The notes under the pieces are model-generated. The model searched no databases and had not been told where the DNA came from. It worked only from the letters and a program-made list of their open reading frames with translations. A stretch of 64,000 nucleotides of DNA from the NCBI GenBank assembly GCA_963674705.1, contig OY771506.1, positions 3,136,001 through 3,200,000 on the forward strand. Direction: 5' to 3'. Shown here piece after piece: positions 10,723-19,750 of the stretch. Position 1 is the stretch's first letter. The number at the start of each line of letters is the position of its first letter. The position numbers and the translations under genes were made by a program. The DNA comes from Phycisphaeraceae bacterium (GTDB taxonomy: Bacteria; Planctomycetota; Phycisphaerae; Phycisphaerales; Phycisphaeraceae).

Positions 10723-11520
10723 ATGTATCGATATGCATTAACAGCGCTATTCCTGTGCATGGTTACAACTCTTTCCCACGCCGAACTCACCGTTCAACCC
10801 ATCGCGCTCACTGTTGGCTCGCCTTCCATCGCTGACATGGACTTCCACTTTAAACCCAGCGGCGTCAACGCAGGCACCAGCGTGCAACTGCTGATCGGCG
10901 GTTTTGAAAAAACCGTCGTCGACATCGACAAAGAAAACAGCACACTCGATAACGTCACCGACTCAACCAACAAAGACCTGCTCGAAAAACCACCCGCCAA
11001 AAACAGCGGGCTTACTTTCACCCAAAGCCCCATCGGTCCGTTCCCAAAGATCAGCGAAGAAGGCAGCAAACTCATCGTTGAACTTATCACACCACAAGCG
11101 CCCTCTATCGGTGCAACCAGCATCAAGTATCAGGGAACACTCTCCGTGATCGTTGCCGAAGGCACCAAAACCATCAGCGCAAATGATGTCGCCACCGAGC
11201 CCGGTCAAGTGCAGATCGGCGATCAATCCTTGGAGATTACCGGGTTCGGCCCAAGCGACTGGCAGAAAGGCAAGTTCAAGCTTTCCATCAAGATGACCAG
11301 GCAACTGCTCGACCAGATCGCGTCATGGAAAATCACCGCGGCCGACGGCACTGTGCTCTGCGACCACCCAAGTTCCACCATGACCATGAATACCACCGCC
11401 AATCTCGACCTGATGCTTGCCCAGGAACTCGACAAGATCAACATCGCAATCGAACTCTACGACGGCATGCAGAAAATCGAAGTCCCCATCGACACCAAAG
11501 TAAGCCTCGGTATCGAGTAA
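10723..11520 (+). CDS. Secreted hypothetical protein, beta-rich
   Basis: Signal peptide MYRYALTALFLCMVTTLSHA, GGGAG RBS, host-like codon usage. Confidence 0.75.
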   Translation: MYRYALTALFLCMVTTLSHAELTVQPIALTVGSPSIADMDFHFKPSGVNAGTSVQLLIGGFEKTVVDIDKENSTLDNVTDSTNKDLLEKPPAKNSGLTFTQSPIGPFPKISEEGSKLIVELITPQAPSIGATSIKYQGTLSVIVAEGTKTISANDVATEPGQVQIGDQSLEITGFGPSDWQKGKFKLSIKMTRQLLDQIASWKITAADGTVLCDHPSSTMTMNTTANLDLMLAQELDKINIAIELYDGMQKIEVPIDTKVSLGIE

Positions 11521-11538
11521 GCCTTACCCCTTCTACCC

Positions 11539-11621
11539 GTTTAGCGGCGGATCGCAGATCCGCGCGTCCGCCATGTTTTCACGACCCAGCCAACACGGCG
11601 ATCTGCGATCGCCCGCTAAAC
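11539..11621. repeat. REP-doublet / MITE-like palindromic element
   Basis: Terminal IR GTTTAGCGG...CCGCTAAAC enclosing hairpins GCGGATC-gca-GATCCGC and GGCGATC-tgc-GATCGCC. Confidence 0.75.
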
Positions 11622-11677
11622 GATCACGATCGACCCGATGAGATACGACACGGCGCTCGGGCTATAATGCCCCGCTT

Positions 11678-13696
11678 ATGCCGACCGGCAACGACTACAA
11701 CGTGATCGTCATCGGCGGGGGCCACGCCGGCGCGGAAGCCGCCTGGGCCGCCGCCAATCGCCTGCGCGCTGAGTTCGACGACTCCAAAGGTAAGTTGGGT
11801 AAAGTCGCCCTGATTACCATGGACCCGGCCAAGATCGGCACGATGAGTTGCAACCCGGCGATCGGCGGGCTCGCCAAGGGACAGATGGTCCGGGAGATCG
11901 ATGCGATGGGGGGGCTTATGGGCCTCGCCGCCGACGCCACCGGCATCCAGTTCCGCATCCTCAACGCCAGCAAGGGCCCCGCCGTCCGAGGCCCACGCTG
12001 CCAATCCGACAAATACGCCTACGCCCTGGAAGTCCAGCGCCTGCTCAAGACCCGCCCCAACCTCGACATCCTCGCCGGCGCAGTCGAAGACCTGATCGTC
12101 GAAGACGGCCGATGCGTCGGGGTTGTCTTCTCGCCCCAATCCCCAACCCCCAATCCCCAATCCCTACGCGCCAGCGCCACCATCCTCACCACCGGCACCT
12201 TCATGCGTGGCCTGCTGCACACCGGCGACGCCCAAACCCCCGGCGGCCGCATCGGCGAAGCACCCGCCGTCGGCATCAGTTCATCACTGAAAAAACTAGG
12301 CTTCGAACTCGGCCGACTCAAAACCGGCACGCCCCCGCGCCTCGCCGCCGAGTCCATCAACTTCGACGCACTCGAACTGCAACCGGGCGACGACACTCCC
12401 ATCCCCTTCAGTGAAATGACCGGCACTGATATCAACGATTCATCTGTTCCCCTTAGCCGCGACCTGCCAGGTCGCGCGCAAGGTGAAGTACAAACCGACC
12501 ACGCGCACGCTGGCAGCGTGCGGCTAAACAATCATGATGTTTACCGCGTCGTCCGATCCCGCTTCCCCGTCCTCGAACAGCGCCCCTGCTGGATCACGTA
12601 CACCACGCACGAAGCACATGAACTGATCCGAAACAATCTCGACCGCGCTCCACTATTCAACGGCCAGATCGCCCGCGATAGCACCGGCCCTCGCTACTGC
12701 CCGTCCATCGAAGACAAGGTCATGCGTTTTGCTGATCGGCAGTCGCATCACGTTTTCCTTGAACCCGAATCGCTTTCGACCAACGAGATCTACTGCAACG
12801 GCATCAGCACCTCGCTGCCGAAGGATGTGCAGGAATTCGTTGTCCATCACCTGCCCGGCTGCGAGAACGCGAAGATCCTCCGCTATGGCTACGCGGTCGA
12901 ATACGACATGGTCTGGCCTCACCAGATCGATGCAACCTGCATGACCAAGCGCCTGCCGGGCCTGTTCCTTGCGGGTCAGATCAACGGCACGAGCGGTTAC
13001 GAAGAAGCGGCAGGGCAGGGGCTCATGGCCGCGATCAATGCGGTGCAATACAGCCGTGGCGTTGACATGATCCGCTTGCGTCGTGACGAAGCGTACATCG
13101 GCGTGATGATGGATGACCTTGTTACCAAGATCCCGCGCGAGCCGTACCGAATGTTTACCAGCCGCGCCGAGTTCCGACTGATGCTCCGCGCTGACAACGC
13201 CGACCAACGCCTCACGCCTTTTGCACGCAAGCTCGATCTTGTTGATGATGCACGTTGGCAGCACTACCAGGCCAAGCGCGATGCCCACGCCGCGCTCAAC
13301 GACTACATCGACAACCGCACGCTGGATGGCCAACCGATGTCGCGATGGATCGCACGCCAGGAAGTCGACGCCGACGCCGTCCTCGAAAATCTCAACGGCG
13401 ATCCGCTGCCGGAACTGGCACGCGACCGCCGACTCATCAACGCTTACCTGGCCGACCTGCGTTACACCGGATACATCCAACGCCAGCAGAAGCAGATCGA
13501 TCAACTTGCATCGCAGGAAGCCACACCGCTGCCCGGCGAGCTCGACTACACCGGCATCAAGGGCCTGCGCAACGAAGCCGCACAAACGCTCAACCGTTTC
13601 CGCCCCACAACCTTAGGCCAGGCCGGTCGCCTCGCCGGCGTCAACCCCGCCGATATCATGGTCATCAGCGTCGCGCTATCGAGCAGAGGTCAATAA
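11678..13696 (+). CDS. mnmG: tRNA uridine-5-carboxymethylaminomethyl(34) synthesis enzyme MnmG (GidA)
   Basis: IVIGGGHAGAEAA, MSCNPAIGGLAKG, RLKTGTPPR, GPRYCPSIEDK, AGQINGTSGYEEAAGQG, EPYRMFTSRAE. Carries two repeat-derived insertions. Confidence 0.97.
   Translation: MPTGNDYNVIVIGGGHAGAEAAWAAANRLRAEFDDSKGKLGKVALITMDPAKIGTMSCNPAIGGLAKGQMVREIDAMGGLMGLAADATGIQFRILNASKGPAVRGPRCQSDKYAYALEVQRLLKTRPNLDILAGAVEDLIVEDGRCVGVVFSPQSPTPNPQSLRASATILTTGTFMRGLLHTGDAQTPGGRIGEAPAVGISSSLKKLGFELGRLKTGTPPRLAAESINFDALELQPGDDTPIPFSEMTGTDINDSSVPLSRDLPGRAQGEVQTDHAHAGSVRLNNHDVYRVVRSRFPVLEQRPCWITYTTHEAHELIRNNLDRAPLFNGQIARDSTGPRYCPSIEDKVMRFADRQSHHVFLEPESLSTNEIYCNGISTSLPKDVQEFVVHHLPGCENAKILRYGYAVEYDMVWPHQIDATCMTKRLPGLFLAGQINGTSGYEEAAGQGLMAAINAVQYSRGVDMIRLRRDEAYIGVMMDDLVTKIPREPYRMFTSRAEFRLMLRADNADQRLTPFARKLDLVDDARWQHYQAKRDAHAALNDYIDNRTLDGQPMSRWIARQEVDADAVLENLNGDPLPELARDRRLINAYLADLRYTGYIQRQQKQIDQLASQEATPLPGELDYTGIKGLRNEAAQTLNRFRPTTLGQAGRLAGVNPADIMVISVALSSRGQ
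12134..12164. repeat. (CCCCAAT)n heptamer tract inside mnmG
   Basis: ccccaat ccccaac ccccaat ccccaat ccc, translated as PQSPTPNPQS. Confidence 0.8.
12452..12529. repeat. REP-doublet element inside mnmG
   Basis: TTAGCCGC...GCGGCTAA ends with hairpins CGCGACCTG/CAGGTCGCG and CGCACGCTG/CAGCGTGCG. Same architecture as 11539-11621. Confidence 0.75.
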
Positions 13697-13699
13697 ACA

Positions 13700-14458
13700 A
13701 TGCCGCTATTTTCCGGGAATCCTGACAAGCCGCGTATCAAGCTACGCATCCGCAATTACAAGGCACTGAAAAAGTATGCCGAGCACCCCAAGTGTTTGAA
13801 CTGCGGCTACGACCTGCGCGGTCAATACATGGCAGGCCTCTTAAACTGCTCGGAGTGCGGCCAATCCTGCACCCATGAAGACATCGCCGACCTCATCGCC
13901 GGCCAGCGCGCCGGTTACATACCCGTTATTACCGAGATGCGCGGGGGCGTAAAGGTAGCGTTTTGTTATCCGTTGATCGTGCTTGGCCAACTGATGTGTA
14001 TTTCACCTGTTCAGTGGTACTTGGAATCCAATCTTGTCATCGTCGTGACAATCATGTTGGTCATCAACACATTGATCTACCTCGCCTGGCTTGGGTTTAC
14101 CCTCTTCCGTGCGTATCAGGTCTTCGGGAACTGGAGAGGCATACTGCACTGGCTGCTTTCATTTATCTATGCATCAGTATTCCTCGTCGGCCTGATCCCG
14201 TTGATGATGACTACCGGCTTCTTGATCGTCTACGTCGTCAGCTTCTTTGATCGACACGGCAGCCGTGAAGAAATGAACGCGGTCTTCACCTGGGGTTGGC
14301 CCTACCTGATGATCGTCGGCGCGGTGTTGCTGATCATTATCAATGAATGGTGGTCAACCAAGTGCGTCATCAAACCCTGCCGCAATCGCTGCCGCGAACT
14401 GGTGCTGGAATTACTACCGCCATTGCCCGAAGTAAAGCAGAATAGCTCAATCCAATAA
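13700..14458 (+). CDS. Membrane protein with N-terminal CxxC..CxxC zinc ribbon
   Basis: CLNCGYDLRG...CSECG followed by about 4 hydrophobic segments and a C-terminal PCRNRCREL. Confidence 0.75.
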   Translation: MPLFSGNPDKPRIKLRIRNYKALKKYAEHPKCLNCGYDLRGQYMAGLLNCSECGQSCTHEDIADLIAGQRAGYIPVITEMRGGVKVAFCYPLIVLGQLMCISPVQWYLESNLVIVVTIMLVINTLIYLAWLGFTLFRAYQVFGNWRGILHWLLSFIYASVFLVGLIPLMMTTGFLIVYVVSFFDRHGSREEMNAVFTWGWPYLMIVGAVLLIIINEWWSTKCVIKPCRNRCRELVLELLPPLPEVKQNSSIQ

Positions 14459-14584
14459 CTCGGCCAGGTTGTGTGAGTTGCTGTATAGTTAGCTAAGGTC
14501 CACACACAATCGGGTGCTTAGAGCGATTTGCACCGTTTGTGACCGCCCCATTTGCCGGGCTATCAATTATGAATATGGCCTAAC

Positions 14585-15319
14585 GTGAAACACACCAGCA
14601 AAGCATCATCCTACCGAAAGCTGCAGAAGTTCTGCCGCCAGCCGACCTGTCTGAAGTGCGGGTATGACCTGCGTGTTCAATTGCTCAAGCGGCACGAGCA
14701 TTGCCCGGAGTGCGGCCAAGCTTGTCATATCGATGACTTGGCCGATCAGATCGCAGGCCAACCGTGGCAATCGCTGCCCGTCGTGTCGGAGTTGTTCACA
14801 GGTCTGATCACTTTGTTAGCACTTCCTTTCGGAATAGCAGGTGTAATCATGGTGCTATCATCGATCATCTACAACCTTGACATTGAGTCGGGTAAGCCAA
14901 CGATCGTTCTGGTGGTCCTTGGTGTTGTCGTATGGTTGCTCGGGCTATGGGGTTCAATCAAATCCGCATACCAGGCGTTCGGATCACTTAAAGGTGTGCT
15001 GTTGTGGTGCCTGTTGCAGGTCCTGCTTCTGCTCTATCTATTATCAGTTCTTATGGTCGGATTATGGTGCCTGTGGCTGTTGGTAGTCTTTCTAAATGCG
15101 GTCTTCAAAGATGCCAACTTCAGGACCATCACCTCGGCGGGTTGGGCTCAGGTTATTCTGTTGATTGGGGTATGCGTCTGGATCGCGTGTAAGATTCTGA
15201 TCTCAAGACTCGTCATCGAACCGTCACGCAAGCGATGCCGGGAGCTATCCATGCAATGGCTAAGCGAGTATCAGGCGTCACTCGAATCACAAGAACCGTC
15301 TAACACATCCAACGTATAA
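14585..15319 (+). CDS. Paralogous zinc-ribbon membrane protein
   Basis: CLKCGYDLR...CPECG, DLADQIAGQ, AYQAFG and RKRCREL align with the upstream gene. GTG start. Confidence 0.75.
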   Translation: MKHTSKASSYRKLQKFCRQPTCLKCGYDLRVQLLKRHEHCPECGQACHIDDLADQIAGQPWQSLPVVSELFTGLITLLALPFGIAGVIMVLSSIIYNLDIESGKPTIVLVVLGVVVWLLGLWGSIKSAYQAFGSLKGVLLWCLLQVLLLLYLLSVLMVGLWCLWLLVVFLNAVFKDANFRTITSAGWAQVILLIGVCVWIACKILISRLVIEPSRKRCRELSMQWLSEYQASLESQEPSNTSNV

Positions 15320-15380
15320 AAGTTATTCACATCTCACGGCTGTGGTTGATTCTGCCACATCTTTAGGCTTTGATATGAAC

Positions 15381-16898
15381 ATGTCACAAGCCCTCCCCGC
15401 AACCGATTGTCTGATCATCATCTTCGGCGCCTCCGGCGACCTGACCAAGCGCAAGCTCATCCCCGCGCTGTATCACTTGTGGGATACCAAGCAGGCACCG
15501 GAAAAGTTCGCCATCCTCGGCATCGCCCGCTCGAAGTTCACGGACGATGAATTCCGTGACGCGATGTATGAGTTCTCCTCTAAGAGCTATCCGGATCAGG
15601 ATAAGTGGCAAAAGTTTGCCAAGCGTATGCACTACCACGCGGCCGACTCAACCAATCGCGAGGATTGGCAAGGCATCCGTGCACGCATCGGCTCGCTCGC
15701 GGAAGACCACGGCACGGGACGCAACCTGCTGTTCTACCTTTCCATGGCCCCGCAGTTCTTCGAACCCATCATCAAGAACATCGGCGTCAGCGACCTTGTC
15801 ACCGAAGGCCGCCTCTTCTGCAGCATCGGCGAGAACAAGCCCTGGCAACGCATCGTGATCGAAAAGCCTTTCGGCGCAGACCCCGAATCCGCGGTGCACC
15901 TGAACAACGTCGTGGCGGAAGTCTTTGATGAAGAGGCGACGTACCGCATCGACCACTACCTCGGTAAGGAACTCGTGCAGAACATGATGGTGCTGCGCTT
16001 CGCCAACAGCATCTTCGAGCCCTTGTGGAACCGCCAGTACATCGACCACGTGCAGATCACCGCCAGCGAAACCGTCGGCGTCGAAGGACGCGGCAGCTAC
16101 TACGACAGTGAGAACGGCGGCGCGATGCGTGACATGGTGCAAAGCCATTTGCTTCAAGTATTATCCGTCGTTGCGATGGAGCCACCCGTCTCGATGGCTG
16201 CTGAAGATATCCGCACGGAAAAGATCAAGGTCTTCAAAGCCCTGCGTGTCCCCAGTGAAGGAGAAGTACCTCATATCGCGGTGCGAGGCCAGTACGGCGC
16301 GGGCTCGATCAACGGCGAAACCGTTCCTGCTTATCGTAATAACGACGGCGTCGCGCCCGACAGTCAGACCGATACGTATGCAGCGATGCAGTTCAACGTC
16401 GACACCTGGCGGTGGGGCGGTGTGCCGTTCTACCTGCGCTCGGGTAAAGCGATGGCCGCCAAGCGAACGGAGATCGTGATCTACTTCAAGCCGACGCCGC
16501 ACTGTCTGTTCCGCGAGCAGGCGAAGAAGTACAAGCAAAACCAGATCGTCATCGGCATCCATCCCGATGAAGGCGTCCGCATACGATTCGAAGGCAAAGT
16601 GCCCGGCCTCGGCATGAACATCAAGGACGTCGTCATGGACTTCAACTACATCCAGCAATGGAAAGTCGAACCGCCCGACGGCTACGCAACCCTCCTGCAC
16701 GATACAATGCGCGGCGATCAGACGCTCTTTAAACACCGCGACGAAATCGAATCCGCCTGGAACGCCGTCCAACCCGTGCTCGACTATTGGCAGCAAAATC
16801 CGCAAGACGACCTGCCCAACTACAACGCCGGCACATGGGGCCCCAGCGCCGCCGACATCATGATGGCCCGTGACGGCAGGTATTGGCATAATGATTAG
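15381..16898 (+). CDS. zwf: Glucose-6-phosphate dehydrogenase
   Basis: IFGASGDLTKRKLIPAL, RIVIEKPFG, YRIDHYLGKE, RDMVQSHLLQ, RWGGVPFYLRSGK. Start could be 15375. Confidence 0.97.
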   Translation: MSQALPATDCLIIIFGASGDLTKRKLIPALYHLWDTKQAPEKFAILGIARSKFTDDEFRDAMYEFSSKSYPDQDKWQKFAKRMHYHAADSTNREDWQGIRARIGSLAEDHGTGRNLLFYLSMAPQFFEPIIKNIGVSDLVTEGRLFCSIGENKPWQRIVIEKPFGADPESAVHLNNVVAEVFDEEATYRIDHYLGKELVQNMMVLRFANSIFEPLWNRQYIDHVQITASETVGVEGRGSYYDSENGGAMRDMVQSHLLQVLSVVAMEPPVSMAAEDIRTEKIKVFKALRVPSEGEVPHIAVRGQYGAGSINGETVPAYRNNDGVAPDSQTDTYAAMQFNVDTWRWGGVPFYLRSGKAMAAKRTEIVIYFKPTPHCLFREQAKKYKQNQIVIGIHPDEGVRIRFEGKVPGLGMNIKDVVMDFNYIQQWKVEPPDGYATLLHDTMRGDQTLFKHRDEIESAWNAVQPVLDYWQQNPQDDLPNYNAGTWGPSAADIMMARDGRYWHND

Positions 16899-17030
16899 TC
16901 GGGTATCGGGTATCGTGATTCGGGTGTCGGATCTCATACGTAACCAGATTGTCGTTGGTTATATTGGTGTGTAATGATGAATAAAGAAGTGTCTTCCGAA
17001 TCCCGATACCCGATACCCGATACCCGACTA
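16896..17030. repeat. Inverted heptamer-repeat element (TCGGGTA)n/(TACCCGA)n
   Basis: Perfect 20-bp IR TAGTCGGGTATCGGGTATCG (16896-16915) / CGATACCCGATACCCGACTA (17011-17030). Confidence 0.85.
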
Positions 17031-17768
17031 TACCTCCCCGGCTCCGTCCACATTGCTAAAGACGCCGACACACTCTTCGATGATCTCGGCTACGCATTTA
17101 CCGCCGCGGCGATCGAAGCGGTGAATCATCGTGGTGTGTTTCATGTTGCGTTATCCGGCGGTTCAACGCCTTGGCCTTTCTATCATCGATTGTTGATCGA
17201 TCCGCGTTTTCGTAAGGTTGATTGGCGACGCACGCATATCTGGATCGTCGATGAACGCCGTGTATCCGAGGATGATGAATTAAGTAACTTCAGGAGTCTG
17301 CGCGAATCGTTGCTTGAGGATATCGACACGCCTGCAAGCCAGGTGCATCCGATGCCGGTGATGCACGTCGATCCGGTCGGTGTTTACGAAACAAAACTCC
17401 GCCAGGTTTTCGGCCTGAATGTTTCGGTGCCGCGCTTGGACTTTGTATTACTCGGTATGGGCACCGACTGTCATACCGCAAGTCTGTTCCCAAACAGCGA
17501 CGCCATACATGTCACCGACCACTGGATCGCAATCAACGAAGGCCCAAACGTCACCCCGCCCGACCGCGTCACGATGACGTATCCGCTATTGAACGCTGCA
17601 AGAAAACTCGCTGTATTATGTGTCGGTTCCAAGAAAACCGAAGCGTTGCAGCGCGTCGTAAACCAAATGAAAATCGGCCCCGATCCCGTAAACGTACCGA
17701 TCACCGGCATCCAACCAACAGATGGTGAACTGGTTTGGTATCTGGATAATGAAGCGGTGGGTCAATAA
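16974..17768 (+). CDS. pgl: 6-phosphogluconolactonase
   Basis: ALSGGSTP, VDERRV, DFVLLGMGTDCHTASLFP, RVTMTYPLLN. Directly downstream of zwf. Confidence 0.95.
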   Translation: MMNKEVSSESRYPIPDTRLYLPGSVHIAKDADTLFDDLGYAFTAAAIEAVNHRGVFHVALSGGSTPWPFYHRLLIDPRFRKVDWRRTHIWIVDERRVSEDDELSNFRSLRESLLEDIDTPASQVHPMPVMHVDPVGVYETKLRQVFGLNVSVPRLDFVLLGMGTDCHTASLFPNSDAIHVTDHWIAINEGPNVTPPDRVTMTYPLLNAARKLAVLCVGSKKTEALQRVVNQMKIGPDPVNVPITGIQPTDGELVWYLDNEAVGQ

Positions 17769-17797
17769 CGCAAGTGGTGATTAATACGGCTGTCGGG

Positions 17798-18064
17798 TTA
17801 CGATTTTTGTTGGTAAGCCTTGAGTAAATCTGTGACCAAGATGCCGTCGATCGTCATGCCGGTGTAGTTTGCGCAAGTGATCTTTGTGTTCGACAGATTG
17901 ATATCGTCTAGCACGACGTTGGACATATTGATGTTATGAAAACGCGCGCCGCTTAGGTTCACATCATCAAACTCGGTGTTGCCAAGGCATACATCATGGA
18001 ACGTTGAGTCAGTGAGTCTGGCATGCTCAACGGTGTATTTACCGCAAGGGATGGTTAAGGCCAT
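17798..18064 (-). CDS. Small pentapeptide-repeat protein
   Basis: ARLTD STFHD VCLGN TEFDD VNLSG ARFHN INMSN repeats, then GMTIDGILVTDLL. GGAG RBS. Confidence 0.85.
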   Translation of the reverse strand: MALTIPCGKYTVEHARLTDSTFHDVCLGNTEFDDVNLSGARFHNINMSNVVLDDINLSNTKITCANYTGMTIDGILVTDLLKAYQQKS

Positions 18065-18091
18065 GTTGTTCTCCCGGGTTAGTGGATGGGG

Positions 18092-19357
18092 TCAGGTGAT
18101 TTCCGTCCAGAGTTTACCACCGATGTGCGTGTTTGCCATATTGATTTGATCGAGCCCATTCTGCACCGAATCCTCACAAGCTGCTGTCAGTTCGCGGATC
18201 GCTTGCTTGCTACGCTTGTCTTTGCTGATGTAATCATCGAGCAGGATCGGCTGGTTGAAGTGGACCATCGCGCGGCGTAAGCCGATCGGCTCGATCATCT
18301 CGCCGTGGACATCCTCGACAAGTTTTTCGACCGTTTCGCTGACCCGATCGAGCGTCGGGCTTTCGACGACATAGTCCGGCAGGTAGCTGGCGATGCGGAA
18401 AGCGAGCATTACCATATCCGCCCATGTTCGTGCAACCACGTGGTCGACTTTTCTACCATCATCGGTGCGCACATCATGGACCAATCGGCGCGCTGCGCGC
18501 ACACGGTCGACCAGACTTGTCCCATCTTTGGGACGGATTTCGAGCTTCGCCTCCAGGTCGTCCAGGACCGCGCCGGCGGAGTAGTTGATCAGCTCGGAAA
18601 GGTCGTCCGAGTCCGGCGGAGTCAGCCCGCGCTGTTGGAGATTGCGACGGATCGCTGCCCGGCCGATCTTCACGATCGCCTCGCGCGGCGGCTGACCCGG
18701 CGCGTGCTGCACATCCGGAACGGCCATCGACTTGGCGAGGTTCGCAAGCAGTTGATCGAGTGCCGATCGGCAATCCGTCAGGTGCGTGAGCTTGATCGAT
18801 ACCGGAACCGCAACGACACGCACATCATGCTTGGCAAGTTCCTTGGCTACGCGGACCGCGATGAATGCAGCGCCGTCGTTGAACGGCGTTACGCGATCGT
18901 TGCGCAGATAGACGTTGCCTTCGGGGAAGATCGTCAGCGCGTGTTTGCCTTTGGCGAGTACAGCCGACGCGTCTTTCATCGCTTGCTGATCACTGCCTTC
19001 ACGGTCGACGGAGAACGCGCCCATCTTCTGCATCACCCACGCATCGAGCTTGCCACGCAGGAATACGTCGTACGCGGCCATCATCTGCGAAGTGAAACCC
19101 GCCTGTCGCAGCGCTTCGAGGAAGACGGCTGCATCGGCGTGGGTCGGGTGGTTGGGCAGGAACAGGATGCGGTCGCGCCTTCCGCCAGTGCGGTTGATGT
19201 TTGAGATCAGCGTGTCGTTACCCGAGACTTCGACGCTATCCACTTTGAGCTTGTTGGGCAGGCGGCGTGTGCGGTTGAACACACCGATTATCCAGGCGAT
19301 CAGCGCGTTGCGCTTTGACGGGAAGTACTGGTAAGGCTCATCGGAGAAGTCGAGCAT
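18092..19357 (-). CDS. PlsC-family (lyso)phospholipid acyltransferase
   Basis: NHPTHAD (HxxxxD), GAFSVDREG, IFPEG. Confidence 0.9.
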   Translation of the reverse strand: MLDFSDEPYQYFPSKRNALIAWIIGVFNRTRRLPNKLKVDSVEVSGNDTLISNINRTGGRRDRILFLPNHPTHADAAVFLEALRQAGFTSQMMAAYDVFLRGKLDAWVMQKMGAFSVDREGSDQQAMKDASAVLAKGKHALTIFPEGNVYLRNDRVTPFNDGAAFIAVRVAKELAKHDVRVVAVPVSIKLTHLTDCRSALDQLLANLAKSMAVPDVQHAPGQPPREAIVKIGRAAIRRNLQQRGLTPPDSDDLSELINYSAGAVLDDLEAKLEIRPKDGTSLVDRVRAARRLVHDVRTDDGRKVDHVVARTWADMVMLAFRIASYLPDYVVESPTLDRVSETVEKLVEDVHGEMIEPIGLRRAMVHFNQPILLDDYISKDKRSKQAIRELTAACEDSVQNGLDQINMANTHIGGKLWTEIT

Positions 19358-19410
19358 AGGTGTAGATATCGGCTACGCGGATGTGTTCGGATGATTGCTG
19401 GATCGCGGTC

Positions 19411-19638
19411 TTAGTTCTGTTTAGGCGGGCGTGCGACCAGCCAGATGAGCAAGCCGATCGGCCAGAAGAATGCGACGAGGATGAAGACCAGGCAGCCGGA
19501 TTTACCTCGTTTGCGGGCATCCAGCGTGCACCAGATCACACTGAGCACGTAGATCAGGAACACACCAAGTACACACAAGACTGAAATACCAAGCATAATC
19601 AGCCCAACAATGTCTTCGCCGCCGCTTGAGTTCATCAT
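19411..19638 (-). CDS. Small membrane protein
   Basis: AGGAG RBS, then hydrophobic helix, DARKRGKS, hydrophobic helix WPIGLLIWLVARP. Confidence 0.75.
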   Translation of the reverse strand: MMNSSGGEDIVGLIMLGISVLCVLGVFLIYVLSVIWCTLDARKRGKSGCLVFILVAFFWPIGLLIWLVARPPKQN

Positions 19639-19750
19639 GCGTGTCTCCTTGATGTGATTGACGCTATGATAACACCTCGAACCGATTGCGCAACACCCGT
19701 TGTCGATCATTGGCTAAGCGTGTTAGATTATCCGTTGATTGGAGAACTCG

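Noticed and set aside
16896..16974. Stop-codon readthrough from zwf into pgl
   Set aside because: An in-frame TAA lies in the spacer.
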